From a virus (lineage: Duplodnaviria > Caudoviricetes), in IMG/VR virus record IMGVR_UViG_3300036971_000112, positions 4,536 to 68,535 of that record: a stretch of DNA of 64,000 bases; one strand, given 5' to 3'. Position numbers and translations under genes: made by a program. The notes under the pieces were generated by a model. It saw only the letters and a program-made list of their open reading frames with translations, searched no databases and had not been told where the DNA came from. Below are positions 33,402 to 42,041 of the stretch, piece by piece (within the stretch, counting starts at the first letter, position 1; each line of letters starts with the position of its first letter).

Positions 33402-34586
33402 ATGAAACGCATTGAATTAACGGAAAGAATCAAATCTTTTATCACAGCTTCTGTGGGGGATACGATCGACTACGAGAAGATTGCCGCTTTTGAGGCAACC
33501 GCCGTTACGTCTCTGCCTCTCAATAAACGCGGTTCAGTGTTTGATCGTGGGCAGATTACTGCTGAGACTTTCATTGAAGCAGCTAACCTTATCAATACAG
33601 GTACTTTTGTACCCCTTCACACGTTGCACGAGCAAGGTTATGAAATTCCTGTAGGCCGTTTGTTCTACGGTGAACACGTTAAGTCGAATCAGGGTACTGA
33701 CGAGCTTCGTGTGTTGTTCTTTGTTGATGGTACAAGTCCTGACTTAATTAGTCGCCTTGATACAGGTGTCATTGAAGAAGTTAGTGTTGGAATGCAATTT
33801 AAGCGTTTGCTTTGCTCTACCTGTAATATCGACTTGATGGAAGACAATGAGTCTATTTGGTCACAGACCTGTAAGAACGGTCACGTCATGGGTATGGGTA
33901 CAAACCATGTGAAACCAGATGGTGTTGCCAATTTTCGTGAGATGAGCCTAGTTTCCAAAGGTGCCAGTAATGGTGCGAAGGTTCTCGGTGCACAAAAACG
34001 CTTACTTGCTTCTGCTTATTACAAAGATGGCTCCGCTTTAGCCGCCTCTTTAAAAGACCCTGAATTTATGCTTTTTGGTTCTCCCACTAAGCTTGCTGAG
34101 GAAGACCCTATGTTGATTGCTGAGTTACAAGCCAAACTAGCTAAGGCTGAAGGCGACCTGACTTTGACAGCTACAGCTAAAACTGAAGCTGAAGGTAAGG
34201 TTGCTGTTTTAGAAGCAGCTAAAGTTACTCTTGAAGCTGACAAAGTTGCTCTCGAAGCAGCTAAGACTGAAGCCGAAGGTAGAGTTGCTGTTCTTGAAGC
34301 TGCTAAGACTGAAGCTGCTACTCAGCTCGCTGCGCTACAAGCAGCTCAAGTTGAAGCTGACGCTGCGAAGGTAGCTCTGGAAGCTGCCAAGACTGAAGCC
34401 GAAGCGAAATTGTTAGCTGCTGAAACTGAGTTAGCTCCTTTAAAGGCTGCTCAGACTGCCACGCTTACTCAGCGACCATTTAAGCTTCCTATGGGTGGCG
34501 TAGCCAATTTGAACACTACGACTACCGATAGCGAAAAACCAAAAACTGTTACGACTGGCTCCAACGCCTTTCGGACACCCAAGTAA
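33402..34586 (+). CDS. prohead protease fused to coiled-coil scaffold
   Basis: H-containing N-domain, EEVSVG and EMSLV..GA motifs; C-terminal AKTEAE.KVA.LEAA repeats; position before capsid genes. Confidence 0.75.
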   Translation: MKRIELTERIKSFITASVGDTIDYEKIAAFEATAVTSLPLNKRGSVFDRGQITAETFIEAANLINTGTFVPLHTLHEQGYEIPVGRLFYGEHVKSNQGTDELRVLFFVDGTSPDLISRLDTGVIEEVSVGMQFKRLLCSTCNIDLMEDNESIWSQTCKNGHVMGMGTNHVKPDGVANFREMSLVSKGASNGAKVLGAQKRLLASAYYKDGSALAASLKDPEFMLFGSPTKLAEEDPMLIAELQAKLAKAEGDLTLTATAKTEAEGKVAVLEAAKVTLEADKVALEAAKTEAEGRVAVLEAAKTEAATQLAALQAAQVEADAAKVALEAAKTEAEAKLLAAETELAPLKAAQTATLTQRPFKLPMGGVANLNTTTTDSEKPKTVTTGSNAFRTPK

Positions 34587-34621
34587 CTTTGTAAACTAAA
34601 CCCCCACTAGGAGACAACGCG

Positions 34622-35011
34622 ATGACAGAAATCGCATCAGGTGGCGTGACCCTCGTGGGCATTCCCCAACAAGACTTCCGCTTCACTTTCCGCTTAACAG
34701 CGGGTATGGTTGCTGCGGATATTGGCAAACCAGTTGCTTTATCTACTGCTGCCAACAACACGGTCAAATTAGCAGGTGATGGCGATGTTGTTATCGGTCG
34801 CTTGTTAACCTACCGCAATTTGACAACTGAAGGCATTATCGTCGGTACTGTTGAACTGAAAGGCGGCTTCCGCTTTGACACAAATGGTGTTGTTGCTATC
34901 GGTGACAGTGTTGTCGGTTCTGCCACGGCTGGTAAAGTCAAAGCAGGTACAAATCCACGTTCATTAGTAGTGGCCGTTAACGGCACAACTGCTGATGTAA
35001 TCTTCATCTAA
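34622..35011 (+). CDS. head decoration/cement protein
   Basis: 129 aa, Gly/Ala/Val-rich beta protein between scaffold and MCP. Confidence 0.65.
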   Translation: MTEIASGGVTLVGIPQQDFRFTFRLTAGMVAADIGKPVALSTAANNTVKLAGDGDVVIGRLLTYRNLTTEGIIVGTVELKGGFRFDTNGVVAIGDSVVGSATAGKVKAGTNPRSLVVAVNGTTADVIFI

Positions 35012-35022
35012 GGAGTCGGTAT

Positions 35023-36201
35023 ATGCGTCCTTTATCAGATATTAAGAAAACCACTCCCGAAGCCATTGCAGCGATGTTAATGGTTGAAAGCAATAGTGAC
35101 TCCGCTGACAAAGGTATGAAGCTTGTTAAAGAAGCAGCATCCTTTGGCTTAAACCTCCGTGACTACTTGGTGTTGTCTGTTGACACTAAAGGTGCCGAGA
35201 AGTGGAAAGGCTATAATGGCTATGAAGCAATTAAAGTTGCCTTGAACTTGCCTCATGCCAACGACTTTGAAGCTGGCATCACTTTGCAGGCTGCTGCTAA
35301 CACCTTCAATACATACGCGGGTACTCGCGCTATGTTCCCTGAAGTTATCGACGATATGTTGAAGTTCAAAACGCTTCAAGATAACAAAGTTGAAAACATT
35401 GCTTCGATTGTTGGCCAGTCCCGTACTGTGTCGCAGCGTGAAATGATTTCGACTTACTACGAAGATGATTTAGCTGACGGCAGCGTGAACACTTTCACGA
35501 TTGCTGAGTTAGGTAAAATCCCTGTTCGTAGCGTTCGTACAAGCCAAAGCTCGGTTAACTTCGGCAAACGTGGTAGCGGTATTGAGTTGTCTTACGAGTT
35601 CACTCGTGACGCTTCTCTTGACATCGTTACTCCGTTCGCTGCTCGTATTGCCCGCGCTTTAGAAAAATCCAAAGTGGCTGCTGCAACTTCGATTTTGATT
35701 AACGGTGATGGTGTCAACGCGGCTGCTGAAGTTCAAACCTTCTCTAGCTTCGGCGCAACTGGCGGTGTTATCAGTGCAGCGAACTACAAAGCTTTAGCAA
35801 AGTTCTTGATGAGCAACGCTAACAACGGTTATGTGTTTGACACATTCGTTGTGAACTTCGACATGTACGTTGAATTGATGTTCATGGCTCAACCTGTTAT
35901 CGGCGCAGGTGCTATCAGCACTGTTGACTTCATGGTTGGCAAAGGCGCACCTGCAATCAGCACAACCTTACCGTTTATGAACGGCATGGTTAACGTGGTT
36001 TTATCTTCTAGCGTTCCTGCTGGCAAGATTATCGCCATGACTAAAGCTGAGTGTATCGAAGAACTCGTCATGGCAGGTGGCAACATCTCCGAAAGCGAGC
36101 GTTCGATCACTAACCAATCTATCACTTATGTGAAAACAGAAGAGACAGGTTACAAGTTAGCGGTGCCAAAAGCGCGTGTTATCTTGAACGTAGCTGCATA
36201 A
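35023..36201 (+). CDS. major capsid protein
   Basis: 392 aa, strongly biased codon use, GGAG RBS, followed by terminator; HK97-like K.G.GIELSYE segment. Confidence 0.8.
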   Translation: MRPLSDIKKTTPEAIAAMLMVESNSDSADKGMKLVKEAASFGLNLRDYLVLSVDTKGAEKWKGYNGYEAIKVALNLPHANDFEAGITLQAAANTFNTYAGTRAMFPEVIDDMLKFKTLQDNKVENIASIVGQSRTVSQREMISTYYEDDLADGSVNTFTIAELGKIPVRSVRTSQSSVNFGKRGSGIELSYEFTRDASLDIVTPFAARIARALEKSKVAAATSILINGDGVNAAAEVQTFSSFGATGGVISAANYKALAKFLMSNANNGYVFDTFVVNFDMYVELMFMAQPVIGAGAISTVDFMVGKGAPAISTTLPFMNGMVNVVLSSSVPAGKIIAMTKAECIEELVMAGGNISESERSITNQSITYVKTEETGYKLAVPKARVILNVAA

Positions 36202-36237
36202 GCTGTGTGGTTAAAGGAGGTTATAAAAAGCCTCCTA

Positions 36238-36268
36238 GAAAAAGCCCTGCGAAAGCGGGGCTTTTTTA
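36238..36268 (+). terminator. intrinsic terminator after MCP
   Basis: AAAGCCCTGC-GAAA-GCGGGGCTTTTTT. Confidence 0.85.
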
Positions 36269-36297
36269 TGTTAAAATATCCGAAACGAGGTAAACCT

Positions 36298-36573
36298 ATG
36301 TTAGTTATTGTAAAGACCACAGGTTCTTTCATGCTATCACCCTTCGATGGTGGAGCTACCCCTTTGATTGAAGCGAAGCGGCCTACTTTATGTAAGCTTA
36401 CACCCTTCATTGAGTACCGTGTAAAAACAGGTCAACTTAGTATTTTGGCGGAAAATGTTTCTGAGCTGGCTAATCAAGAAGCTTTAGATGCCGCCGAGAG
36501 CATTGAAGAGTACCTTAAAAGTTTAGAGCCTAAAACTCCAACCCCACCCACTAAGACTAAAAAGAGTACCTAA
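36298..36573 (+). CDS. hypothetical virion-associated protein
   Basis: GAGGT RBS before ATG 36298; the track's longer start runs through the terminator. Confidence 0.6.
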   Translation: MLVIVKTTGSFMLSPFDGGATPLIEAKRPTLCKLTPFIEYRVKTGQLSILAENVSELANQEALDAAESIEEYLKSLEPKTPTPPTKTKKST

Positions 36574-36575
36574 CC

Positions 36576-37295
36576 ATGACAAACTGGTTTGAGAGTGGTG
36601 AGTCAGCAACCTTAGGTTTTAACCTAACCCAAGAGGGTGACTTTGTTATCCCTGATGACGGTAGCAATGTTGTTTTAACTATCCGTAATAAAGCTGGGGC
36701 TGTCCTTCATACGGAAACTCAAACCAGTACTGGTAGCCAATATAGTTTTGTGATCCCTGCTTTAACTAATACCCTAACAGGTAGTAATACGGTTGAAGCT
36801 CGCTTCGTTAGATTGAAGTATCAACTAGGGGGCGGAACTCACCAAGAGTTACAAATCTACCAGCTATCGGCGTTTATCCCTTTCACCGTAACAAGTGAAA
36901 GTGTTAGAACCTATCTCGGAATTAGCATCGATGAGTTAGAAGACCATGAGATTGACTTACTTCAGGCATATCATACTTTGGTTGGTACTTACGGTTCAAA
37001 TTTCACCACTCCGTTTGCCACTGAGGGTACTCTTAGCTTCACCGCCAATAAAGCTGTGGCGATCCAAGCAGCGGTTGACCTTGCGGTCGGACTACCTCAA
37101 CGCATCGCGCAAAAGTCGGATGCTGAGAAGGCTAGTTTTCAACGGGCAACAAAATTTGACCCTTACAAACTAATCGCTCGGTTACGTGAAGAGCTGGCTG
37201 AGGCATTGGCCGTCATTTTACCTACAGCAACTACTGAGGTTGGGGCGGCAAACTTCTCTATCTCTGGCGGGGTTGACCCCTTCACAGGAGCTTAA
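36576..37295 (+). CDS. head-tail adaptor
   Basis: Position; VRTYLGI..DEL.D motif. Confidence 0.55.
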   Translation: MTNWFESGESATLGFNLTQEGDFVIPDDGSNVVLTIRNKAGAVLHTETQTSTGSQYSFVIPALTNTLTGSNTVEARFVRLKYQLGGGTHQELQIYQLSAFIPFTVTSESVRTYLGISIDELEDHEIDLLQAYHTLVGTYGSNFTTPFATEGTLSFTANKAVAIQAAVDLAVGLPQRIAQKSDAEKASFQRATKFDPYKLIARLREELAEALAVILPTATTEVGAANFSISGGVDPFTGA

Positions 37296-37297
37296 CC

Positions 37298-37813
37298 TTG
37301 AGAAAACTTCACCATAAACGGTTTAAGTTTGTACTGCGAAACCTAACGCGGGGCGTAAGCTTGATGGGGGAGTTTGTTGACCCAACAGGTGAGCTACTCG
37401 CTACCGAGGAAGTTAATCAACTCCTTCGGGTCACTAAACGAGCTGTTCTAAATTCTGGCGATCACCTTTACTTTCAAGGCAATCACTACGGTGTTTCCTC
37501 TTACAGTCGAGAGGTCTTAGACACGATATACCGCCTAATCCCCTTCCCTGACGTAGTAAGCTGGCAAGTACAGCAAGTCTCTGTGGAAGACCCCTTAACG
37601 GGGCTGCTAAAGCCTGTGGACTCCATTGCTCCCCCTGTCCAAGCTTTGCACTGTAAGAAGAAAACGGAAGGGTTTGAAGGGGACATTCACTCTAATATGA
37701 AGCCAAAAACCTGCTACCTGATGACCGAAGTGGTTAACGTAGGTGACTTACTTGATGGTGTTCCTGTTAAACGGATTTACAAAGAACAGGATATTTATAA
37801 GGTCGAAACGTAA
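37298..37813 (+). CDS. head closure/neck protein
   Basis: Position in neck module; TTG start after GGAG. Confidence 0.5.
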   Translation: MRKLHHKRFKFVLRNLTRGVSLMGEFVDPTGELLATEEVNQLLRVTKRAVLNSGDHLYFQGNHYGVSSYSREVLDTIYRLIPFPDVVSWQVQQVSVEDPLTGLLKPVDSIAPPVQALHCKKKTEGFEGDIHSNMKPKTCYLMTEVVNVGDLLDGVPVKRIYKEQDIYKVET

Positions 37814-38661
37814 TGGCAAAGCCAAGTAAGGATAATTTTGCAGGTATCTTTAGCGAGGTAGCTACTAGAGCTTCTGAGCAAGGTCATGCAAACCTTATTG
37901 GTAAAATCGTAAGCTCCAAAAATAAAACAGCTTTAGCTAAGAAGCTTAATACCAAACTGGACAAGTTTAGAGGGGATGTTGCCCTTTTAATTATCGGCAC
38001 TAATAATGGCTTGCAGTTGAATAAAGAGCGCGGTAGTCAGGAAGACCCTAGTCAGTTTACAGGCGGAAAGACCGAGAGCTACAAAGCCTTATCACCTTCA
38101 TGGTTAAAAAGGAAAGCGAAGTACGGTGTGCCTGTCCCTAGCTTCTTTAAGTTTAGTAAGAAGGTGGAAAGGAAAGGTGAAAATGCTGAGGAGAACACCC
38201 CGCAACAATTCTTAGGCTCCTTCCTAAACCATGAGCTTGCTCACTCTGCTGCTAGGTTCGGACGAGTTGAAGCTAAAGATATTAAGGTGTTCAACGAGCA
38301 AGGTGAGGAGATGACCCTCAAAGGAGGCGGCACAAAAGAGAGTCGTGCTATTAAAGCCGCAGGCGGAACGCATGGTAGCCGCATTCGTAACTTCAGTCCT
38401 AAGAGCAGAAAGTATTACGTCAAGGTTCGACTGATGCAGAAGGTAGCTTACTTGGGTAAAAACCCGATCAGGCTTCAGTATTTTGTGGCCAATTTAATTG
38501 ACCCACAAAACGATGCTGCTTCGGGTTTCGCTCGCTCTAAATTAGGTAAACAGTCGATAGGTCGCCCTAATGTCGGCCATTTACTGCTGTGGTACTATCA
38601 GGTCAAATTACCTGCTGTAATTAAAAGCCATTACAGCCATGCTAAAGTTAAGGAAATCTAA
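37813..38661 (+). CDS. basic neck/tail-completion protein
   Basis: Position; Lys/Arg-rich with YKALSPSWLKRKAK segment. Confidence 0.5.
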   Translation: MAKPSKDNFAGIFSEVATRASEQGHANLIGKIVSSKNKTALAKKLNTKLDKFRGDVALLIIGTNNGLQLNKERGSQEDPSQFTGGKTESYKALSPSWLKRKAKYGVPVPSFFKFSKKVERKGENAEENTPQQFLGSFLNHELAHSAARFGRVEAKDIKVFNEQGEEMTLKGGGTKESRAIKAAGGTHGSRIRNFSPKSRKYYVKVRLMQKVAYLGKNPIRLQYFVANLIDPQNDAASGFARSKLGKQSIGRPNVGHLLLWYYQVKLPAVIKSHYSHAKVKEI

Positions 38662-38663
38662 TT

Positions 38664-39122
38664 ATGTTAATCGGCAATGGTTTACTTAACATCATCGAAT
38701 CAAGTTTACTAGCTCACTCCAAAGCTCTTGCAGGAGCGATTAACGGCACCCTTGGCTACAACGTGAAGTCTGTATTGTTTGATGATTACACCTTAGAAGA
38801 AAGGCTTCCTGAGCAGGACATAATCGGCTGCTGGCAACTGGAGTTTGAGGTCGATGAACATATTGTATCGGGAACATTCCTGCTAACTCTTAGTACCTTG
38901 AATGACGCGGGTTTATTCCGCCTAAGAAATGCCGCCAGCTTAGTTTTCGACGAGATTAAGCCGATGCAGGAATTTAATCTCTATCAACCTGATGGCACTC
39001 AGGTTGAGGGGACAATTATTGTGATGAATGGTGTGAAGATGCTACCTGTCGAGAAAGGGGATGAACGCCCTGCCAAGACGTTCGCTATTCCTTTCAAGTG
39101 TACTCGGACTATTGGGCTTTAA
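38664..39122 (+). CDS. tail terminator-like protein
   Basis: 152 aa, last neck gene before the major tail protein. Confidence 0.5.
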   Translation: MLIGNGLLNIIESSLLAHSKALAGAINGTLGYNVKSVLFDDYTLEERLPEQDIIGCWQLEFEVDEHIVSGTFLLTLSTLNDAGLFRLRNAASLVFDEIKPMQEFNLYQPDGTQVEGTIIVMNGVKMLPVEKGDERPAKTFAIPFKCTRTIGL

Positions 39123-39370
39123 GCGGGAATCCCTTGAACCGATCTCAAGCCAGCCTCTAGCTCTGGGTAGTGTTCTGGGTCGTAAACGGCAGGACGGAAA
39201 GAAACCTGCTCTGTTTTCCCAGCAACTCGTAACCCTAGCTCCAAGTAATGCCGAATAACATTTGTTTTAGTTCGGCCTTCTTTTTCAGCTATCTGGAGAA
39301 CGAGGTCTTCCAACTCTTTTGTGATACGGATGCTGTACATCACATCGACTTTGGCTTTAACTTTGGACAT
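39119..39370 (-). CDS. ribbon-helix-helix (CopG/Arc-like) DNA-binding protein
   Basis: YSIRITKEL..LV..IA.KEGRTKTNVIRHYLELGL. Confidence 0.8.
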   Translation of the reverse strand: MSKVKAKVDVMYSIRITKELEDLVLQIAEKEGRTKTNVIRHYLELGLRVAGKTEQVSFRPAVYDPEHYPELEAGLRSVQGIPA

Positions 39371-39416
39371 GGTGAACTCTCTCAATTCGTGTGTTTTAAA
39401 AACCTGTGGTTGCGTG

Positions 39417-39445
39417 AGTATATCTTTGTTAAACTACAGGAACAA
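39417..39445 (-). promoter_or_regulatory. sigma70 promoter of the RHH gene
   Basis: TTGTTC-17-TATACT. Confidence 0.6.
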
Positions 39446-39474
39446 CCACTTTTTTGTAATTTCGGAGAACAACT

Positions 39475-40314
39475 ATGGCTGGTGAAGCCCGTTCCATTGA
39501 TTTTTTAGCCGGCACCGCTACCATTATGTTGGGGCTTCCTGCTGACTTGCGTGACTTCCGTCCTGAAACTCATTCTATTGGCTTAGTCAAAAACGTAAAG
39601 CTAATGGCTGAGGCAACTTACATTGAGTTAACTCAGGGTCTTCGTAACTCTGTTGTCCACTCTGTTAAGACAGGTGAGCCTGTTCGTGCCTCTGCTGAAG
39701 TATATGAGTTTAATGCTTCTAACTGGAGCTATGCTTTAGGCTTCAGCGGGTATAATGTCGGCATTCCAACTACCAGCGTAGGTTCAGCCGTTATCGTCGC
39801 TGTTGAAGCACTTACACCTGCTAATGGTTTACTGGCTCCAGCCAACACCTCTGGGTATGTTAATTTCACCCTTACAAATACCACCAATTTTGTTGTTGGG
39901 GATTATGTTCTAGTGCAGATGGGGATTAACGACGTGGTTGTTCCCCGCCGTATTGTTGCAAACGCTTCTGGTGCCCCTGCTAGTTCTTTAACCTTCGATG
40001 CCCCTATCAAAAACATTGATATTGGCAACGGTGTAACGGTTACCAAGTGCTTAATTGTACCTGTTGGCCGTAAGTCTGAACAGCCATTCTTGGCGGCCAA
40101 GATTGTTGGTAACATGGCTGATGGCCGTGAGATTGCAATTGAAATTCCAAAATTGCGTATTACTAAAGGTTTTGATGTTACTTTTCAAACCTCTGACTAT
40201 ACTAACATGCCGTTTGAGTTTACTGTTTACGACCAGATTCCTGCTGATAATCAATATGCTCGGTTCCAAGAGCAGTTTGATGGTGCCTCTGCTGTGATAT
40301 ATACCAACCATTGA
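39475..40314 (+). CDS. major tail (tube) protein
   Basis: 279 aa, GGAG RBS, terminator after; precedes chaperone pair and tape measure. Confidence 0.75.
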   Translation: MAGEARSIDFLAGTATIMLGLPADLRDFRPETHSIGLVKNVKLMAEATYIELTQGLRNSVVHSVKTGEPVRASAEVYEFNASNWSYALGFSGYNVGIPTTSVGSAVIVAVEALTPANGLLAPANTSGYVNFTLTNTTNFVVGDYVLVQMGINDVVVPRRIVANASGAPASSLTFDAPIKNIDIGNGVTVTKCLIVPVGRKSEQPFLAAKIVGNMADGREIAIEIPKLRITKGFDVTFQTSDYTNMPFEFTVYDQIPADNQYARFQEQFDGASAVIYTNH

Positions 40315-40346
40315 TAGGTTAGAGAGTCCTCCTCTAACCTTTCGGT

Positions 40347-40380
40347 AAACAAAACCCGCTTTTATGCGGGTTTTGTTTTT
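40347..40380. terminator. bidirectional terminator
   Basis: AAACAAAACCCGC...GCGGGTTTTGTTT between convergent genes. Confidence 0.85.
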
Positions 40381-40387
40381 AGTCGGT

Positions 40388-41098
40388 TTAGGCGTTTAAC
40401 ACGCTCTTTTTCCATTTGTAGTTATAGCCACTCTTATTTCCGCTAACCCATTGGTGGCGTACAGCAAAAGGTTTACCTTTATCAGTCGGCACCCACTCAC
40501 TGTTAATTTTCGCCTGAAACCCTCTTTCTTCTAACCATTGGTTCATCTTAATCGCCGACAAGCCTAGCCGTTTACCTAACTCGGTTGGCTCTACGGCCTC
40601 GTCCTCTAGTCGGATCATGCTTTGAGCCGGAGCGAGTCGAAGTATTTCGGTAAGGTCAATCTGGTAAGTTAGTCTTGCACCTTTCACGGCCTCTACTTGG
40701 GCTAGGTGGGTTGGCACCTCAAAGAGAGCAGCTAACTGCATTACCGCAGTAATGTGATTAACAGCTAAATCAGTAGGGGTTCGAGGGAGTACAGGCGCGA
40801 CAGGGGAGGCGTTGAAAGTTTTCAACTTCTCTAGGACGGTACGGCGTACGCCTTTAGACTCTCGCATTGCAACCAATAAACATTGATCTTGATTAAGAGT
40901 GTAGAAAAAGGACTCCGTGTTGTTCGAATTTTGAACTACATTTTTTTCGTAGTGGAACCCATCCAACTCATCGACGATTCGAGCGTTAAAATCGTTAAGA
41001 CGGATAGCTTTCTCGCCATGTTGTAGGCGAGCATTGTTCACAAGCTCTAGCAAATCTCGACTAGACATCGTAGAAGTTGTTATAGTTAAATCTTTCAT
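40388..41098 (-). CDS. antirepressor-like protein (Rha-like N-terminus, KilAC/ANT-like C-terminus)
   Basis: TMSSRDLLELVN, ESKGVRR.V; C-terminal PTELGKRLGLSAIKMNQWL..RGFQ...W.PTDKG. Confidence 0.75.
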   Translation of the reverse strand: MKDLTITTSTMSSRDLLELVNNARLQHGEKAIRLNDFNARIVDELDGFHYEKNVVQNSNNTESFFYTLNQDQCLLVAMRESKGVRRTVLEKLKTFNASPVAPVLPRTPTDLAVNHITAVMQLAALFEVPTHLAQVEAVKGARLTYQIDLTEILRLAPAQSMIRLEDEAVEPTELGKRLGLSAIKMNQWLEERGFQAKINSEWVPTDKGKPFAVRHQWVSGNKSGYNYKWKKSVLNA

Positions 41099-41278
41099 CA
41101 TCTTCAAATCTCAAAAACGAAAAAGCCGTTTCTTATAGACTGGTAGCAGAGGGTGGAAGTCAAACACCCAACAGTCAAAGAAACAGCTTTTTCGTTGGCT
41201 TCAAATATACCTGAGACTTCGCTGCTACGCTTCTCCTCAGATGTTTAGAATTGTAAACGCAAGAACGACTAACGTCAA
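41098..41278 (-). promoter_or_regulatory. promoter plus two-hairpin CI/C4-like leader of the ant gene
   Basis: TTGACG-17-TACAAT (41278-41250); 5' hairpin; ~19-bp stalk with 8-nt bulge; U tract; homologous to 54184-54371. Confidence 0.75.
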
Positions 41279-41282
41279 TCGC

Positions 41283-41311
41283 TTAACAAAAACCGAACCG
41301 CCTGTTACAAT
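41283..41311 (+). promoter_or_regulatory. sigma70 promoter for tail chaperone/tape measure, back-to-back with the ant promoter
   Basis: TTAACA-17-TACAAT with TGn. Confidence 0.65.
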
Positions 41312-41337
41312 CAAACCTCACAAGAGAGGACAAATTT

Positions 41338-41706
41338 ATGACTGCTTTAACACAAACTTACACCCCACCTGAACCTTACTTTACTCTTGCTAACGGCAAA
41401 GAGTTGAAGATGACCTTTGGTATGCTCAATCGACTCGCCCGTATTGCAGGTAATGTTGAGACGTTAGGTATGGTTATGATCGACAGTGACCTTCAACAAG
41501 CCCTATTAAGCCAGTTGTTTGCCACTTATGATGAGAAAGGTAAGCAGCTCGAAGTAGCCGACATTGATGACATTAACTGCTCTATGGAGGAGCTACTTCA
41601 ATTGTTAGCGTGGGTGTTAGAGAATTTGACCTATTTTTTTCTCAAGAATCTTCAAAACTCGGCGAAGATAGCTCAGCAGTACAAGCCCGAGGAAAAAGCA
41701 CAGTAG
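41338..41706 (+). CDS. tail assembly chaperone (gpG-like)
   Basis: Position after tail tube gene; GAGG RBS; slippery T tract near the 3' end. Confidence 0.75.
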   Translation: MTALTQTYTPPEPYFTLANGKELKMTFGMLNRLARIAGNVETLGMVMIDSDLQQALLSQLFATYDEKGKQLEVADIDDINCSMEELLQLLAWVLENLTYFFLKNLQNSAKIAQQYKPEEKAQ

Positions 41707-42038
41707 AGTTTAAGGCTTTCCAATCTTGGTTTGGCAGCCTGACTTTTCACGAAAGCGTGGCTTGGGCTTACGGTTGCTCTAAGAGCAACCTGAGACTCAT
41801 CTACTGGCAGGAAACTTTTGAGGACATACAGCTAAAGCTTCGTTTCAAGGTGGGTGAGAAACAGATTGAAGCCTCCCAAATGTACGAAGCGATAGTATCT
41901 GTAGCGTCACAGGTCTTCGGTAGTGACGAAGGCAGTAACTCGAAGGACTTGAGTAAGGTCAAGGTAGCCGATCAGAACGTAGCTAAAACAAGTTACGAAG
42001 CAATCAATATGTTTAGTGATATTTTTGGAAGGGGTTAA
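41634..42038 (+). CDS. gpT-like -1 frameshift extension of the chaperone
   Basis: Open -1 frame overlapping the G ORF; T TTT TTT at 41634-41640, alternative G GAA AAA near 41691. Confidence 0.65.
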   Translation, partial: FFSQESSKLGEDSSAVQARGKSTVEFKAFQSWFGSLTFHESVAWAYGCSKSNLRLIYWQETFEDIQLKLRFKVGEKQIEASQMYEAIVSVASQVFGSDEGSNSKDLSKVKVADQNVAKTSYEAINMFSDIFGRG

Positions 42039-42041
42039 GCG

